A stretch of DNA of 64,000 nucleotides. Source: Neocallimastix sp. 'constans'. Its lineage: Eukaryota. Position numbers and translations under genes: made by a program. The stretch is from NCBI GenBank assembly GCA_050613775.1, contig JBODTK010000134.1, positions 248,001 to 312,000 of the forward strand, given 5' to 3'. The notes beneath the pieces were generated by a model. The model was not told the DNA's origin, ran no database searches, and saw only the letters and a list, made by a program, of their open reading frames with translations. Shown piece by piece: positions 38,877-59,139 of this stretch. Numbering within the stretch: position 1 is the stretch's first letter; each line of letters starts with the position of its first letter.

Positions 38877-39995
38877 ATGCGTTGTACTTTTATTTTATGT
38901 ATCATTGCTTCTTTATCATTAAGTATTACAAATGCTTCACCAATTCCATGTTTAGATGGTTTGAGAGGGGGTCTTATTTTAGGCCAAAGTAATGGTAATG
39001 GAAATTCAAAACTTAATGGATCTTTAGATGGTCATCTAAGTGGACACATAGGAGTTAATGGTGGTGCCAGTATTGAAACTAAAAGCAAAACTAAGATTGG
39101 AGCTAATGCTAATGGTAAAATTGTAGGACATGGAGGAATTAATATTATTGAAGCTATTGATCATCAAATTGATAAATTAATTAAAGGAAAAGGTATTATT
39201 AAAGCAGGAGCAAGTATTAAAACAGGAGCTGATATTAAGTCAGAAGCAGGTATTAAAGCAGGAGCTAATATTAAAGAGGGAGCTAATATTAAAGCTGGAG
39301 TAGATATTAAAGCTGGAGCAGGTATTAAGGCTGGTAAGGATATTAAAACTGGTTTAGGTATTAATGCTGGAGTAGGAGTTAAAGCTGGAACAAGTGTTAA
39401 GACTGGTAAAGGTATTAAGACTGGTGCTGGTATTAGTGCTGGTATAGGTATTGGAGGTCATATTGGAGGTCATATTGGAGGTCATATTGGAGGTCATATA
39501 GGAAATGATGATTCAATTCATAAATCTCTATGCTCTTGCTCAGAAAATAAAGAAAATAATAAAGAAAATAATAAAGAAAATAATAAAGAAAATAAAGATT
39601 GTGAAAAGGGAAAGGACTGTTCTTCATCCGATTGCTTATCATCTAAACCTTTACCAGATAATCAAAATAGAGAAAATTTATCAAATAATAACAATAATAC
39701 TAATAATGGTGATATTCCAAAATCAAATAAATCAGAACAAAATAGTACTGAATCTAGTCATGACAATAATAATAATGATTCTTCTTCTTCTAATACCTCT
39801 ATTAATGATGATGAAAAATCTAACAATGAAGAACAAATCAAAAATTCAGAAGAAAATAATAATGAAGAAATAAATGAAGATAGTGAAACTGTAGAAAATA
39901 AAGATGAAAATGAAAGTGAAGATGAAGAAGCTACAGTAGTTTCTGAATCATCAGATAAACAAACCATCGAAGATTCCGAATTTGATTTGGATTAA
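38877..39995 (+). CDS. Secreted hexapeptide-repeat protein, copy 10 (372 aa)
   Basis: Intact paralogous ORF. Confidence 0.92.
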   Translation: MRCTFILCIIASLSLSITNASPIPCLDGLRGGLILGQSNGNGNSKLNGSLDGHLSGHIGVNGGASIETKSKTKIGANANGKIVGHGGINIIEAIDHQIDKLIKGKGIIKAGASIKTGADIKSEAGIKAGANIKEGANIKAGVDIKAGAGIKAGKDIKTGLGINAGVGVKAGTSVKTGKGIKTGAGISAGIGIGGHIGGHIGGHIGGHIGNDDSIHKSLCSCSENKENNKENNKENNKENKDCEKGKDCSSSDCLSSKPLPDNQNRENLSNNNNNTNNGDIPKSNKSEQNSTESSHDNNNNDSSSSNTSINDDEKSNNEEQIKNSEENNNEEINEDSETVENKDENESEDEEATVVSESSDKQTIEDSEFDLD

Positions 39996-40672
39996 ATGAA
40001 TTTATTTTTTTTTTTGTTATAATTAAATTATACAAGCTTTAATTATTTTAATATATTTAAATATTAAAAATAAAATTTAGAAATGTAAATAATCATTAAT
40101 GTAAAAATTAAAAATCAATAAATTAAAATAAAAAATAAACATTATAATTATAAATAAAATAAAAAATTTCAATAAAAATCATAAAAAAAGTAAATGAAAA
40201 ATTTGCATAAAATTGAAATATAAAATTAAAATTTTTACATTCTTCATTAATTTCATTATATATATATAAATAATGTTTAATTATTTATTTTTTTAATCTA
40301 CATTTAAAATTTGAATAATATTAAATTATTTTTATAATTTTTACTTATAATATAAATAATTAGATATTATTATTATTGTTTATTTAAAAATTTATATAAA
40401 ATCAGATATAATAAATGACAGTAATATTATTATTTTTTTTAAAAAAAACAATTTAATGAAAAATATATATATTAATCTTAGTATATAAATATTTTAATTT
40501 ATTTTTTTATTAAATATTTTTTTTTTTTTTTTTTTTTTTTTAATATTCTTTAATTGAATTTTATTTATGCATTAATTCACGAAATAAATATTTTATTATA
40601 TTTAAAATAATATATATATTTAATTATATGATATTCTTTTTTTATTACGAAGTTTTACTTTAAAATTAAATG

Positions 40673-41252
40673 ATTAATAACTGATGTCTATTATATATAT
40701 AATATATAATGTATTATAATCCTATCTTTTGTGGATAATTATTTACTATAGTAATTATTATTATATAACTATCCTTATATATTAAGTTTATGATCATTGA
40801 AACTTAATTATAAATTGTATGTATATTTACATAATGAAGTAAATAATTTAAAATAAAGTTTAATATTAATTATAATTTTAATATAGGCTAAATTAAAATG
40901 GATATTTTCAAATTTTATATATAAAATTTTATTATTTTCAAATTATTTTATTAAAATATATAATTAATAACTGATGTCTATTATATATATAATATATAAT
41001 GTATTATAATCCTATCTTTTGTGGATAATTATTTACTATAGTAATTATTATTATATAACTATCCTTATATATTAAGTTTATGATCATTGAAACTTAATTA
41101 TAAATTGTATGTATATTTACATAATGAAGTAAATAATTTAAAATAAAGTTTAATATTAATTATAATTTTAATATAGGCTAAATTAAAATGGATATTTTCA
41201 AATTTTATATATAAAATTTTATTATTTTCAAATTATTTTATTAAAATATATA
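40673..41252. repeat. 290-bp tandem duplication of the distal upstream block of copy 11
   Basis: ctgatgtcta at 40681 and 40971, with identical following sequence. Confidence 0.9.
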
Positions 41253-41995
41253 TAATTATAAATTATTATTTTAATTATAAAATATAAATATTTATTTAAA
41301 TAATTTATATCAGTTTGGTAAATATAATAAATATAATTTTAAATCATTCAACTGATATGAATAAATATAAATATTAATAAAATTATTAATTTTTTAATTT
41401 AAATTTTGTAAATAAAATAAAAGACGATTAAATAATTTAATTGTTATTTTAATGTAAAATTATAAATAAATAGTTTGGAAAATTACTTTGTTTACATATT
41501 TTTGATATAAAGTTGATAATAATATATATAAAAATAATTATATATGTTATTTTAATTTATATTTTGTTAATTTTAAATTTTTACAATAAAAATATTCAAT
41601 TTTGAATATTTTAATTGTTAATATTTAAAATTATTTTTAATATATATATTTTTTTATTATAAAAAAATATATAAAAGAATCAATATTTTCTTTTTTTATA
41701 TTTTATTTTTAATTTTATAAAAACAGTTCAATTTCGAATAAAGTAATAATTTATTAAATTTTATTATAAAAAGTTTTTAAAAAGATAAACTTACCTTGTA
41801 TATTTATATAGTTTATCTTTTTAATAATTATTTAAAAAAACTTTATAAAATATTTTTTTAAAAAAATTTATAAAACAATTTTAAAACTATTTAATTTAAT
41901 TTTATATAAATTTATAATTTTAAAATTAAATAAAATATAATCAAAATTAATTTAATATTTTATTACTAAATATAAAAATCATAATAAATTCCAAA

Positions 41996-43237
41996 ATGCG
42001 TTGTTCTTTTATTTTATGTATTATTGCTTCTTTATCTTTAAGTATTTCAAATGCTTCACCAATTCCATGTTTAGATGGTTTGAGAGGGGGTCTTATCGGA
42101 GGCCATAGTAATGGTTATGGAAATTCAAAACTTAATGGATCTTTAGATGGTCATTTAAGTGGACACTTAGGAGTTAATGGTGGTGCCAGTATTGAAACTA
42201 AAAGCAAAATTAAGATTGGAACTAATGCTAATGGTAAAATTGTAGGACATGGAGGAATTAATATTATTGAAGCTATTGATCATCAAATTGATAAATTAAT
42301 TAAAGGAAAAGGTATTATTAAAGCAGGAGCAAGTATTAAAACAGGAGCTGATATTAAGTCAGAAGCAGGTATTAAAGCAGGAGCTAATATTAAAGAGGGA
42401 GCTAATATTAAAGCTGGAGTAGATATTAAAGCTGGAGCAGGTATTAAGGCTGGTAAGGATATTAAAACTGGTTTAGGTATTAATGCTGGAGTAGGAGTTA
42501 AAGCTGGAACAAGTATTAAAACTGGAAAAGGTATTAAGGCCGAAGTGGGTATTGGAGCAGGTTTTAAAGCTGGAGCAGGTATTAGAACAGGCATTGAAAC
42601 TGGTAAAGGTATTAAGGCCGGAGCAGGCATTGGTGTAGGTGTTAAAACTGGAACAAGTATTAAAACTGGTAAAGGTAATAAGACTGGTGCTGGTATTAGT
42701 GCTGGTATAGGTATTGGAGGTCATATTGGAGGTCATATAGGAAATGATGATTCAATTCATAAATCTCTATGCTCTTGCTCAGAAAATAAAGAAAATAATA
42801 AAGAAAATAATAAAGAAAATAATAAAGAAAATAAAGATTGTGAAAAGGGAAAGGACTGTTCTTCATCCGATTGCTTATCATCTAAACCTTTAACAGATAA
42901 TCAAAATAATGAAAATTCACCAAAAAATAACAATACTTCTAATAATGGTGATATTCCAAAATCAAATAAACCAGAACAAAATAGTACTGAATCAAGACAT
43001 GACAATAATAATGATAATTCTTCTTCCAATACTTCTATTAATGAAGATGAAAAATCTAATGATGAAGAACAAATCAAAAATAAAGACGAAATTAATAATG
43101 AAGAAATAAATGAAGATAGTGAAACTGTAGAAAATGAAAATGAAAATGAAAATGAAAGTGAAAACGAAGAAGCTACAGTAGTTTCTGATTCATCAGATCA
43201 ACAAACCATCGAAGATTCCGAATTTGATTTGGATTAA
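41996..43237 (+). CDS. Secreted hexapeptide-repeat protein, copy 11 (413 aa)
   Basis: Intact paralogous ORF. Confidence 0.92.
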   Translation: MRCSFILCIIASLSLSISNASPIPCLDGLRGGLIGGHSNGYGNSKLNGSLDGHLSGHLGVNGGASIETKSKIKIGTNANGKIVGHGGINIIEAIDHQIDKLIKGKGIIKAGASIKTGADIKSEAGIKAGANIKEGANIKAGVDIKAGAGIKAGKDIKTGLGINAGVGVKAGTSIKTGKGIKAEVGIGAGFKAGAGIRTGIETGKGIKAGAGIGVGVKTGTSIKTGKGNKTGAGISAGIGIGGHIGGHIGNDDSIHKSLCSCSENKENNKENNKENNKENKDCEKGKDCSSSDCLSSKPLTDNQNNENSPKNNNTSNNGDIPKSNKPEQNSTESRHDNNNDNSSSNTSINEDEKSNDEEQIKNKDEINNEEINEDSETVENENENENESENEEATVVSDSSDQQTIEDSEFDLD

Positions 43238-44799
43238 ATGAGTTAAATTTTTTTTTTTAGTTTTAATTAAAAAAATACAAGATTTAATTATTTTTATATA
43301 TTTAAACATAAAAAATATATAATTTAGAAATGTAAATAACCATTAATGTAAAAATTAAAAATCAATAAATTAAAATAAAAAATATACATAATAATTATAA
43401 ATAAAATAAAAAATTTAAATAGAAATCATAAAAAAAGTAAATAAAAAATTTGCATAAAATTGAAAAATAAAATTAAAAGTTTTAGATTCTTCATTAATTT
43501 CATTATATATATTTAAATAATATTTAATATTATTCAAATTTAAAATATAAATTAATAGTTTATTTTTATTTTTTTTTATTTAAATTTTGTTTTTAAATTT
43601 TTCCATATAATATAAATAATTAGATATTATTATTGTTTATTTAAAAATTTATATAAAATTAGATATAATAAATGATAATAATATTATTATTTTTTGAAAA
43701 AAACAGTTTAATGAAAATATATATATATAAATGATATATTTAATTTATGATATTCTTTTTTTATTTTGAAATTTTACTTTAAAATAAAATGATTAATATA
43801 TGATATCTATTATTAATATAAGATATCACATATATCATCCTATAATTCATATAGGCGATGTGAATATGGTATTCGTTATTAACTATCCTTATATGTATGT
43901 AAAGTTTATGATCACTGAAAATTTATTTTATATTGTATATATATATACATATTGATATAAATAATTTATAATAAAGTTTAATATTAATTATAATTTTAAT
44001 ATAGGCTAAATTAAAATGGATACTTTTAAAAAATTATATATAAAATTTAATTATTTTCAAATAATTTTATTAAAATATTATATAATTATAAACTATTATT
44101 TTAATTATAAAAAATAAATATTTATTAATATTTATTTAAATAATTTATATTAGTTTGGTAAATATAATTAATATAATTTTAAATCTTTCAATATGAATAA
44201 ATATATATATTAATTAAAATAGTTTTTTTTTAATTTAAATTTTGTAAATAAAATAAAAGATGATTAAATAATTTTATTGCTATTTTAATATAAAATTATA
44301 AATAAATAATTTGGAAAATTACTTTGTTTACACATTTTAGACTTAAATTTGAAAATAATATATATAAAAATAATTATATATGTTATTTTAATTAATATTT
44401 GTTATTATTTAATTTTGGATATCTTTATAATAAATATTTAAAATTATTTATTTTTTTTTATTTAAAAAAAATATAACTGCATCAATATTTTCTTTTTTTA
44501 TATTTTATTTTAATTTTATAAAAACAATTCAATTTCGAATAAAATAATAATTGATTAAATTTCATGATAAAATATTCTTTAAAAAGATAAACTTACCTTT
44601 TATATTTATATAGTTTATCTTTCTAATAATTATTTAAAATAGCTTTATAAAATATTTTTTTAAAAAAATTTATAAAACAATTTTTAAAATATTTAATTTA
44701 ATTTTATATAATTTTATATTTTTAAAATTAAATAAAACATAATCAAACTTTTTTTAATATTTTATTACTAAATAAAAAAAAATTATAATAAATTTTAAA

Positions 44800-46022
44800 A
44801 TGCGTTGTATTTTTATTTTATGTATCATTGCTTCTTTATCATTAAGTATCTCAAATGCTTCACCAATTCCATGTTTAGATGGTTTGAGAGAGGGCCTTAT
44901 TTTAGGCCATAGTAATGGTCATGGAAATTCAAAACTTAATGGATCTTTAGATGGTCATTTAAGTGGACATTTAGGAGTTAATGGTGGTGCCAAAGTTGAA
45001 ACAAAAAATAAAACTAAGATTGGAGCTAATGCTAATGGTAAAATTGTAGGACATGGAAGAATTAATATTATTGAAGCTATTGATAATCGAATTGATAAAT
45101 TAATTAAAGGAAAAAGTAATATTAAAGCTGATGCAGGTATTAAAGTAGGAGCTAATATTAAGAGAGAGCTAATATTAAAGCTGGAGCAGATATTAAAGCT
45201 GGAGCAGGTATTAAAGCTGGTTTAAATATTAAAACTGGTTTAGGTATTAAGGCTGGAGCAGGTATTAAAGCTGAAGCAGGAATTAAGGCCGGAGTAGGTA
45301 TTGGAGCAGGTATTAAAGCTGGAGCAGGCATTAAAACAAATATTAAAACTGGTAAAGGTATTAAAGCCGGAGCAGGCATTGGTGTAGGTGTTAAAACTGG
45401 AACAAGTATTAAAACTGGTAAAGGTATTAAAACCGGTGCTGGTATTGGTACTGGTATAGGTATTGGAGGTCATATTGGAGGTCATATTGGAGGTCATATT
45501 GGGGGTCATATAGGAAATGATGATTCAATTCATAAATCTCCATGTCCTTGTTCAGAAAATAAAAAAAATAATAAAGAAAATAATAAAGAAAATAATAAAG
45601 AAAATAAAGATTGTGAAAAGGGAAAGGACCGTTCTTCATCCGATTGCTTATCATCTAAACCTTTACCAGATAATCAAAATAATGAAAATTCACCAAATAA
45701 TAGTAATAATACTAATATTGGTGATATTCCAAAATCAAATAAACCAGAACAAAATAGTACTGAATCAAGACATAATAATAATAATGATAATTCTTCTTCC
45801 AATACTTCTATTAATGAAGATGAAAAATCTAATGATGAAGAACAAATCAAAAATTCAGAAGAAAATAATAATGGAGAAACAAATGAAGATAGTGAAACTG
45901 TAGAAAATGAAGATGAAAATGAAAATGAAAATGAAAATGAAAGTGAAGATGAAGAAGCTACAGTAGTTTATGATTCATCAGATCAACAAACTATCGAAGA
46001 TTCCGAATTTGATTTGGATTAA
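44800..46022 (+). pseudogene. Copy 12, 1-bp frameshift
   Basis: aatattaagagagagct at ~45154-45170 versus aatattaaagagggagct in copies 10/11. Homology continues to EFDLD* at 46022. A sequencing indel cannot be excluded. Confidence 0.75.
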
Positions 46023-47606
46023 ATGAGTTAATTTTTTTTTGTTTTAATTAAAAAATACAAACTTTAAATATTTTAATATATTTAAATATTAAAATTTTAT
46101 TTTATAGAATTGTAAATAATAATTATTGTAAAATTAAACATAAACAAAAATAAAATAAACTAAAAAATATAAATAAAAATTATCAATAAAATAGAATATT
46201 TGAATAAAAATGAAATATATAATTAAAATTTTAACATTTATTAATTCATTAATTTATTTATATATTGATTAGTATTTAAAATTATTCAAATTTAAAATAA
46301 AATATGAATTAAAAAAATTGATTGTTATTAATTTTAAGTTTTTACTTTTAGTTTTAATTAATAAAGACTATTATTATTGCTTAATAAAAAAATTTATTTT
46401 TAAATTAGATATTACAAATGATAATAATATTTTAATTATTTGAAAAAAAATTTTTATTTTAAAAAAAATATATATCTATCTATATAAGTATTTAAATTTA
46501 ATATTATTTAATAAAAAAATTTGACTGCCCTTTTTATTTTATTAAATAATATTAAATATTTTTTTTATATTTTTTATATTCTTTAGTTGAATTTATTTAC
46601 GTATCAATTCATAAAATAAATATTTTGTTATTTTTAAAAATTATGTATATATATTTAATTAATGATAAACTTTTTTTACTTAAAAACATTACTTAAAAAT
46701 AAAATGAAATAAATTTCAACATTATTTGATCATTCAAACTATATTTCTAATATAAATAAATATACAATTTAATATAAATAATATATAATAAATAGTTTAA
46801 TATTAATTATAATTTTAATATAGGCTAAATTAAAATGGATACTTTTAAAAAATTATATATAAAATTTAATTATTTTTAAATATTTTTATTAAAATATTAT
46901 ACAATTATAAATTATTATTTTAATTATAAAGTATAAATATTTATTTAAATAATTTATATCAGTTTGGTAAATATAATTAATATAATTTTAAATCATTCAA
47001 CTTATATGAATAAATATATATATTAATAAAATAGTTATTTTTTAATTTAAATTTTGTAAATAAAATAAAAGATGATTAAATAATTTTATTGTTATTTTAA
47101 TGTAATATTATAAATAAATAATTTGGAAAATTACTTTGTTTACATATTTTTAACTAAAAGTTGATGGTAACATATATAAAAATAATTATATGTATAATAT
47201 ATATGTAATTTTAATTAATTTTTGCTATTATTTAATTTTGGATATTTTTATAATAAATATTTAAAATGATTAATAATTTTTTTTAATTTATTAAAAATAT
47301 AAAAGAATCAATATTTTCTTTTTTTATTTTTTATTTTTAATTTTATAAAAACAATTCAATTTCGAATAAAGTAATAATTAATTAAATTTCATTATAAATT
47401 GTTTTTAAAAAGATAAACTTACCTTGTATATTTATATAGTTTATCTTTTTAATAATTATTAAAAATAACTTTATAAGATATTTTTTTAAAAAAATTTATA
47501 AATCATTTAATTTTATATAAATTTATAAATTTAAAATTAAATAAAATATAATCAAAATTAATTTAATATTTTATTAACCAATAAAAGAATTATAATAAAC
47601 TCTAAA

Positions 47607-48679
47607 ATGCATTGTACGTTTATTTTATGTATTATAGCTTCTTTATCTTTAAGTATCTAAAATGCTTCACCAATTCCATGTTTAGATGGTTTGAGAAGAG
47701 GTCTTATTGGAGGCCATAGTAATGGATATGGAAATTCTTCAAAAATTAATGGATCTTTAGATAGTCATTTAAATGGACATTTAGGTGTTAATGGCGGAGT
47801 CAAAATTGAAACTAAAAGCAAAACTAAGATTGGTGCTAATGCTAATGGTAAAATTGATGGACATGGAGGAATTAATATTATTGAAGCTATTGATCATCGA
47901 ATTAATAAATTAATTAAAGGAAAAAGTAGTATAAAATCAGGAACTAATAATAAAGCAGAAGCTAATATTACAGCTGAAGCAGGTATTAAAGCAAATATTA
48001 AAACTGGTAAAGGTATTAAAGCTGGAGTAGGTATTAAGGCTGGAGCAGGTGTTAAAACTGGAACAAGTATTAAAACTGGTAAAGGTATTAAGACTGGCGC
48101 TGGTATTAGTGCTGTTATAGGTATTGGTGGCCATATTGGAGGTCATATTGGAGGTCATATTGGAGGTCATATTGGAGGTCATATTGATGGTAATACAGGA
48201 AATGATGATTCAATTCATAAATCTCCATGTCCTTGTTCAGAAAATAAAGAAAATAATAAAGAAAATAATAAAGAAAATAAAATTGTGAAAAGGGAAAAGA
48301 TTGTTCTTCATTTGATTGCTTATCATCTAAACCTTTAACAGATAATCAAAATAATGAAAATTCACCAAATAATAACAATACTACTAATAATGGTGATATT
48401 CCAAAATCAAATAAATCAGAACAAAATAGTACTGAATCTAGTCATGACAATAATAATAATGATTCTTCTTCTTCCAATACCTCTATTAATGATGATGAAA
48501 AATCTAATGATGAAGAACAAATCAAAAATTCAGAAGAAAGTAATAATGAAGAAACAAATGAAGATAGTGAAACTGCAGAAAATGAAGATGAAAATGAAAG
48601 TGAAGATGAAGAAGCTATAGTAGTTTCTGATTCATCAGATCAACAAACCATCGAAGATTCCGAATTTGATTTGAATTAA
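47607..48679 (+). pseudogene. Copy 13, nonsense plus frameshift
   Basis: ATG at 47607; TAA at 47658-47660 (TCA in paralogues) inside the signal peptide; missing G at ~48281 (aataaaattgt vs aataaagattgt); ends EFDLN*. Confidence 0.88.
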
Positions 48680-50040
48680 ATGAGTTAATTTTTTATTTTT
48701 TTAGTATTAATTAAAAATAAAAAATATAAGCTTAAATTATTTTAATTTGTTTAAATATTAAATTTTATCATATAGAAATGTAAATAATCATTATTATAAA
48801 ATTAAACAAAAATAAAAATATAAATAAAATGAAAAATTTAAATAAAAATCATACATAAAAAAAAAAAAAAAAAAAAAATTGAATATAAATAAAAATCATC
48901 AATAAAAAAATAAAAAATTTGAATAAAAATAAAATATAAAATTAAAATTTAAACATTTTTCATTAATTATATTTATTAATTTATTTATATATAAATTATA
49001 GAATAAATATTTAGAATTATTCAAATTTAAAATAAAATATAAATTAAAAAAGTAATAAAATTTATAATTTTTATTATTAAAAACATCTATATATATAAAA
49101 AATAATATAAAATAATTTTAAAAATTGAAATTATTACATGAATATAAAATATGTTTTTTATTATTGTTTGAAAAAGAAAAAATATATTAAAATAAAAATA
49201 TAAATATATTTTTATTAAATAAAAAAAAAATAAAAGAACTATTTTTAAAATATTTTTTAAAATAAAAAGAATATAATATATATAATTTTAATTTCAATTA
49301 ATGATTATTGAAATTTTATTTTAATGATATAAATAGATATATATTTTAATTACTTTATAAATATTTTTTGATATAAATATTTATTTAAATAACTTATACT
49401 ATATATATATATGTATAAACAAAATAAATAATTTTCATACGTTTATTAGTCTAAGAAAAAAAAAAATTCATGTATATTTTTAAATAGAGGATTATTACTT
49501 TGATAATACGAATAATAAAATATATATTAGATGTTTTAATAATTATAGTCGTAAGGATATTAAAACATACTATGTAATAATAATAATAATAATAATATTG
49601 TGATATTTTTACAATAATAATATTAAATTTCAGTAATAATTATAATAATATTAGATATATAATAATTAGATATTGGTAATAATAATAGAATTCTTTGGAT
49701 ATTGTAATAAATAACAAAAATAAAAACAGATTATCAATATCCATAATATTTGGTATAATAGTAATAATAGTAATAAATAATAATATTAAATATTGCTAAT
49801 ATTTTATTATTATTAATATACTTAATATAAAAATAATTATAATAATAATAGTGTGAAAGTTTTACCAATGAAGTAAAATTCAATAATTATAGTAATATAT
49901 AATATATATAATAATTATACATATTAGAAATCTTTGGACATTTTAAGAATAAATATATATACATACATATAATAATATCAATACTATTAGATAAAATAAT
50001 AATAATAATAATATAATATCTAATATTATTCTTATTATTA

Positions 50041-50235
50041 ATTATTACTATTATTTAATTTATTATTTATTATTACTATTATTTAATTTAATATTTATTA
50101 TTACTATTATTTAATTTATTATTTATTATTACTATTATTTAATTTATTATTTATTATTACTATTATTTAATTTATTATTTATTATTACTATTATTTAATT
50201 TATTATTTATTATTACTATTATTTAATTTATTATT
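50041..50235. repeat. 28-bp AT-rich minisatellite x7
   Basis: The single C recurs at 50048, 50076, 50104, 50132, 50160, 50188 and 50216. Confidence 0.9.
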
Positions 50236-50815
50236 AATTATTTTACTAAAAGTATAATTAATTATTATTTGTAACCTATTACTAGCCATAACATTAGCAA
50301 TAATAAACATGTTATAATGATATTAAAATAATTATAATAATAAGTAATATAATATAGTATTAACAATTATAATAATAATATTAATCAAAAAAATAGAAGT
50401 ATTGTAATAACAGATATAATACTTTTTTTTTTATTATTTAATATTTCAAATTCATAAAATATTGTATGTTACAAAATTTTTATTTAATAATAATCAATAA
50501 AACAAACAATAATAATAACAATGAAAAATTATAATAAAAAAATATAATCGTAATAATAATATATAATTATAATGGATGACACATAAGATTCTATTTTAAT
50601 AATAATAATAATAAATAAGACAATAATAACTGTAAATAATTATAAAATGATAATAATAATATAAAATAGATATATAATAAATAATAATATATGTTTTTAT
50701 TTAAGCAACACAATAAGTTTTTATAAATAAATCTTTAATAGTGTTTCATTAATATTAATATTTTGTTTTAACTATTATTTAATTTTATCTATCGGTAAAT
50801 TATTAGAGAATTATC

Positions 50816-50847
<32 letters not shown>

Positions 50848-51620
50848 ATATTTAAAATTTATTAGATATGGCAATAGTAACCCATTAAACTTCAAAAATT
50901 TTTTTTTTTTTATTTCGATTTATTAAAAAAAATATATATATATGAAATAAAGTTTGTTGATGGATAGTGATTTTGATTTTAGAATTCCCGGAAATTTTTT
51001 TTATAATTATTTTCAAAATTTTTTTCATTTTTTTCCCCTTTTTTCCTATTTTAATAATAAAATAATTAATAATTAAGATATATAAAAGATTAAAGATATA
51101 TTGATAATGATGATTTAAAAATTTAACATCAATACTTAAAAATAAAATTAAATAAAATAGTGTAATACTATAAAATATTAAAGTATTAATAAAAATAAAA
51201 TAAAATAAAACATAATAAATAAGTATTTATATATAAATTAATAAATAGATTTAAAAAAAAATTATATAATAAATATAAATTGCTATTATTTTTTAAAGTA
51301 TTTTTTTTTTTTTTTCAATTTTTTTTTTCAAAACCTTTTAATTTTTATTTTTTTACTTTTTTTTAATTTCTTTTTTTTTTATCATCATCATTATTATTTT
51401 TTTTTATTTAATATAATTGGACAATTAAATTATATATAATAAAATTTTATTTGAATTTATTATTCATTTTTATTTTATTTTATTTTTTTGTATTTTTATT
51501 TTTTTTTTTTTTTACTTTTGGTATTTACCTTATTAATAAATTTATATTATAATTAAAAATCCTTTTTTCTATACTTATCATTACAATTAGTTATTTTATT
51601 GATTTTTAATTGCAAACTAT

Positions 51621-51651
<31 letters not shown>

Positions 51652-51680
51652 GTTTGTTTAAAAAAAAAATAAAAATAAAT

Positions 51681-57839
<6,159 letters not shown>

Positions 57840-59139
57840 AAAATAACAAATAAAAAATGCAAGATTGAAATTATATTGATAAATGTAATATATATATATA
57901 AAGGATAAAGTATTTGAAAATACATAATTGTTTTATTTTAAATAATTTAGTATAATATATAATATATATATTTTTTAAATTTTGATTGAAAAATTAAAAT
58001 AAATTATATATCTATTAGAAAAATAAAACTTAAAAATAATAATAATCATAATAAAAAGATAATTATTATTAAAAATCACCACACATAATACAAAATAAAG
58101 TAGTAAAATAATAAATGATAATAATTACAATAAAAATAAATAAAATAATTGATGAATAAAAAAATAAAAATTAAATAAAAAATTATTATTATATAAAAAA
58201 ATTATAAACATTAAATAATTTTAAATTTTATATTAAATTAAAAATATAAAACTTATTAAGACAGTTATTGGTTTAAATTTTGTTAAAATTAAGAATCTCT
58301 TTATTTTTTATTTGAATAAATGGATAACTGTATGTCATTTAATTTTATACATTTCTAGATTTGGGGAGTGTGCATTTCGAAAATTTTTATTACATAAATT
58401 TGTATTTTGTTGTATGGCTTAAATAATTTTAATTTTAAGCCACTTAATTTTATTAAAAATTTAATGAATAATAATTAATTAATTAAATAAATAAAATTAC
58501 AATTCTCAAAAATTTTCAAACACGTAATCTTACGTGGGGCGTATATCTAATTGTATCATAAATTTGTGGCTTATTTCTACATTTTTTAAAAAGCCATATA
58601 TTCACAATATGGCGTGAATAATAAATGTGGTGATATTTTATGACGAAAATTTATAAGCCACCAAGAATTTGGCGAAATTCAACTGGACGAAATTCAACTT
58701 TTGGCGAAATACAACACTTCAATAAATAATAATTAGGTTAGGTATTTCTATTTAACATTGAAAAATAAAATAAAAATAAATTAACATTTTATTTTTTAAT
58801 GCTTAAAAAAAAAAAAAAAAAAAAAAAAAATAAGAAATAAGAAAACTTCTTTTTTAAACATTAAAAAATAAAATAAAAATAAATAAAAATTTATTTTTTA
58901 AGCATTAAAAAATAAAAAAAATAAAATAAAATAAAAAATAAAAATAAAAATAAATAAATAAAATAGTAAATAAAGAAATAATAAATAATTAATAATTAAA
59001 TAATTATTTAAATAATTATATAATTAATTAAAAAAAGGTTTATTATTTTAAATATTAAAAAAAAAAAAAAAAAAAAAAAGTTTCAAAGCATTTAAAAGTA
59101 TATTTATTAAAATATTTTATTGAAAAATTTTAATTATTA

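Larger units (their letters stand above)
11585..48720. repeat. Segmental array of 13 gene+spacer units (~2.3-3.1 kb), with left (-) and right (+) arms diverging at ~26.5 kb
   Basis: Paralogous ORFs and alignable spacers. Spacer 17590-18600 is a near-identical reverse complement of 28920-29930. Confidence 0.95.
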
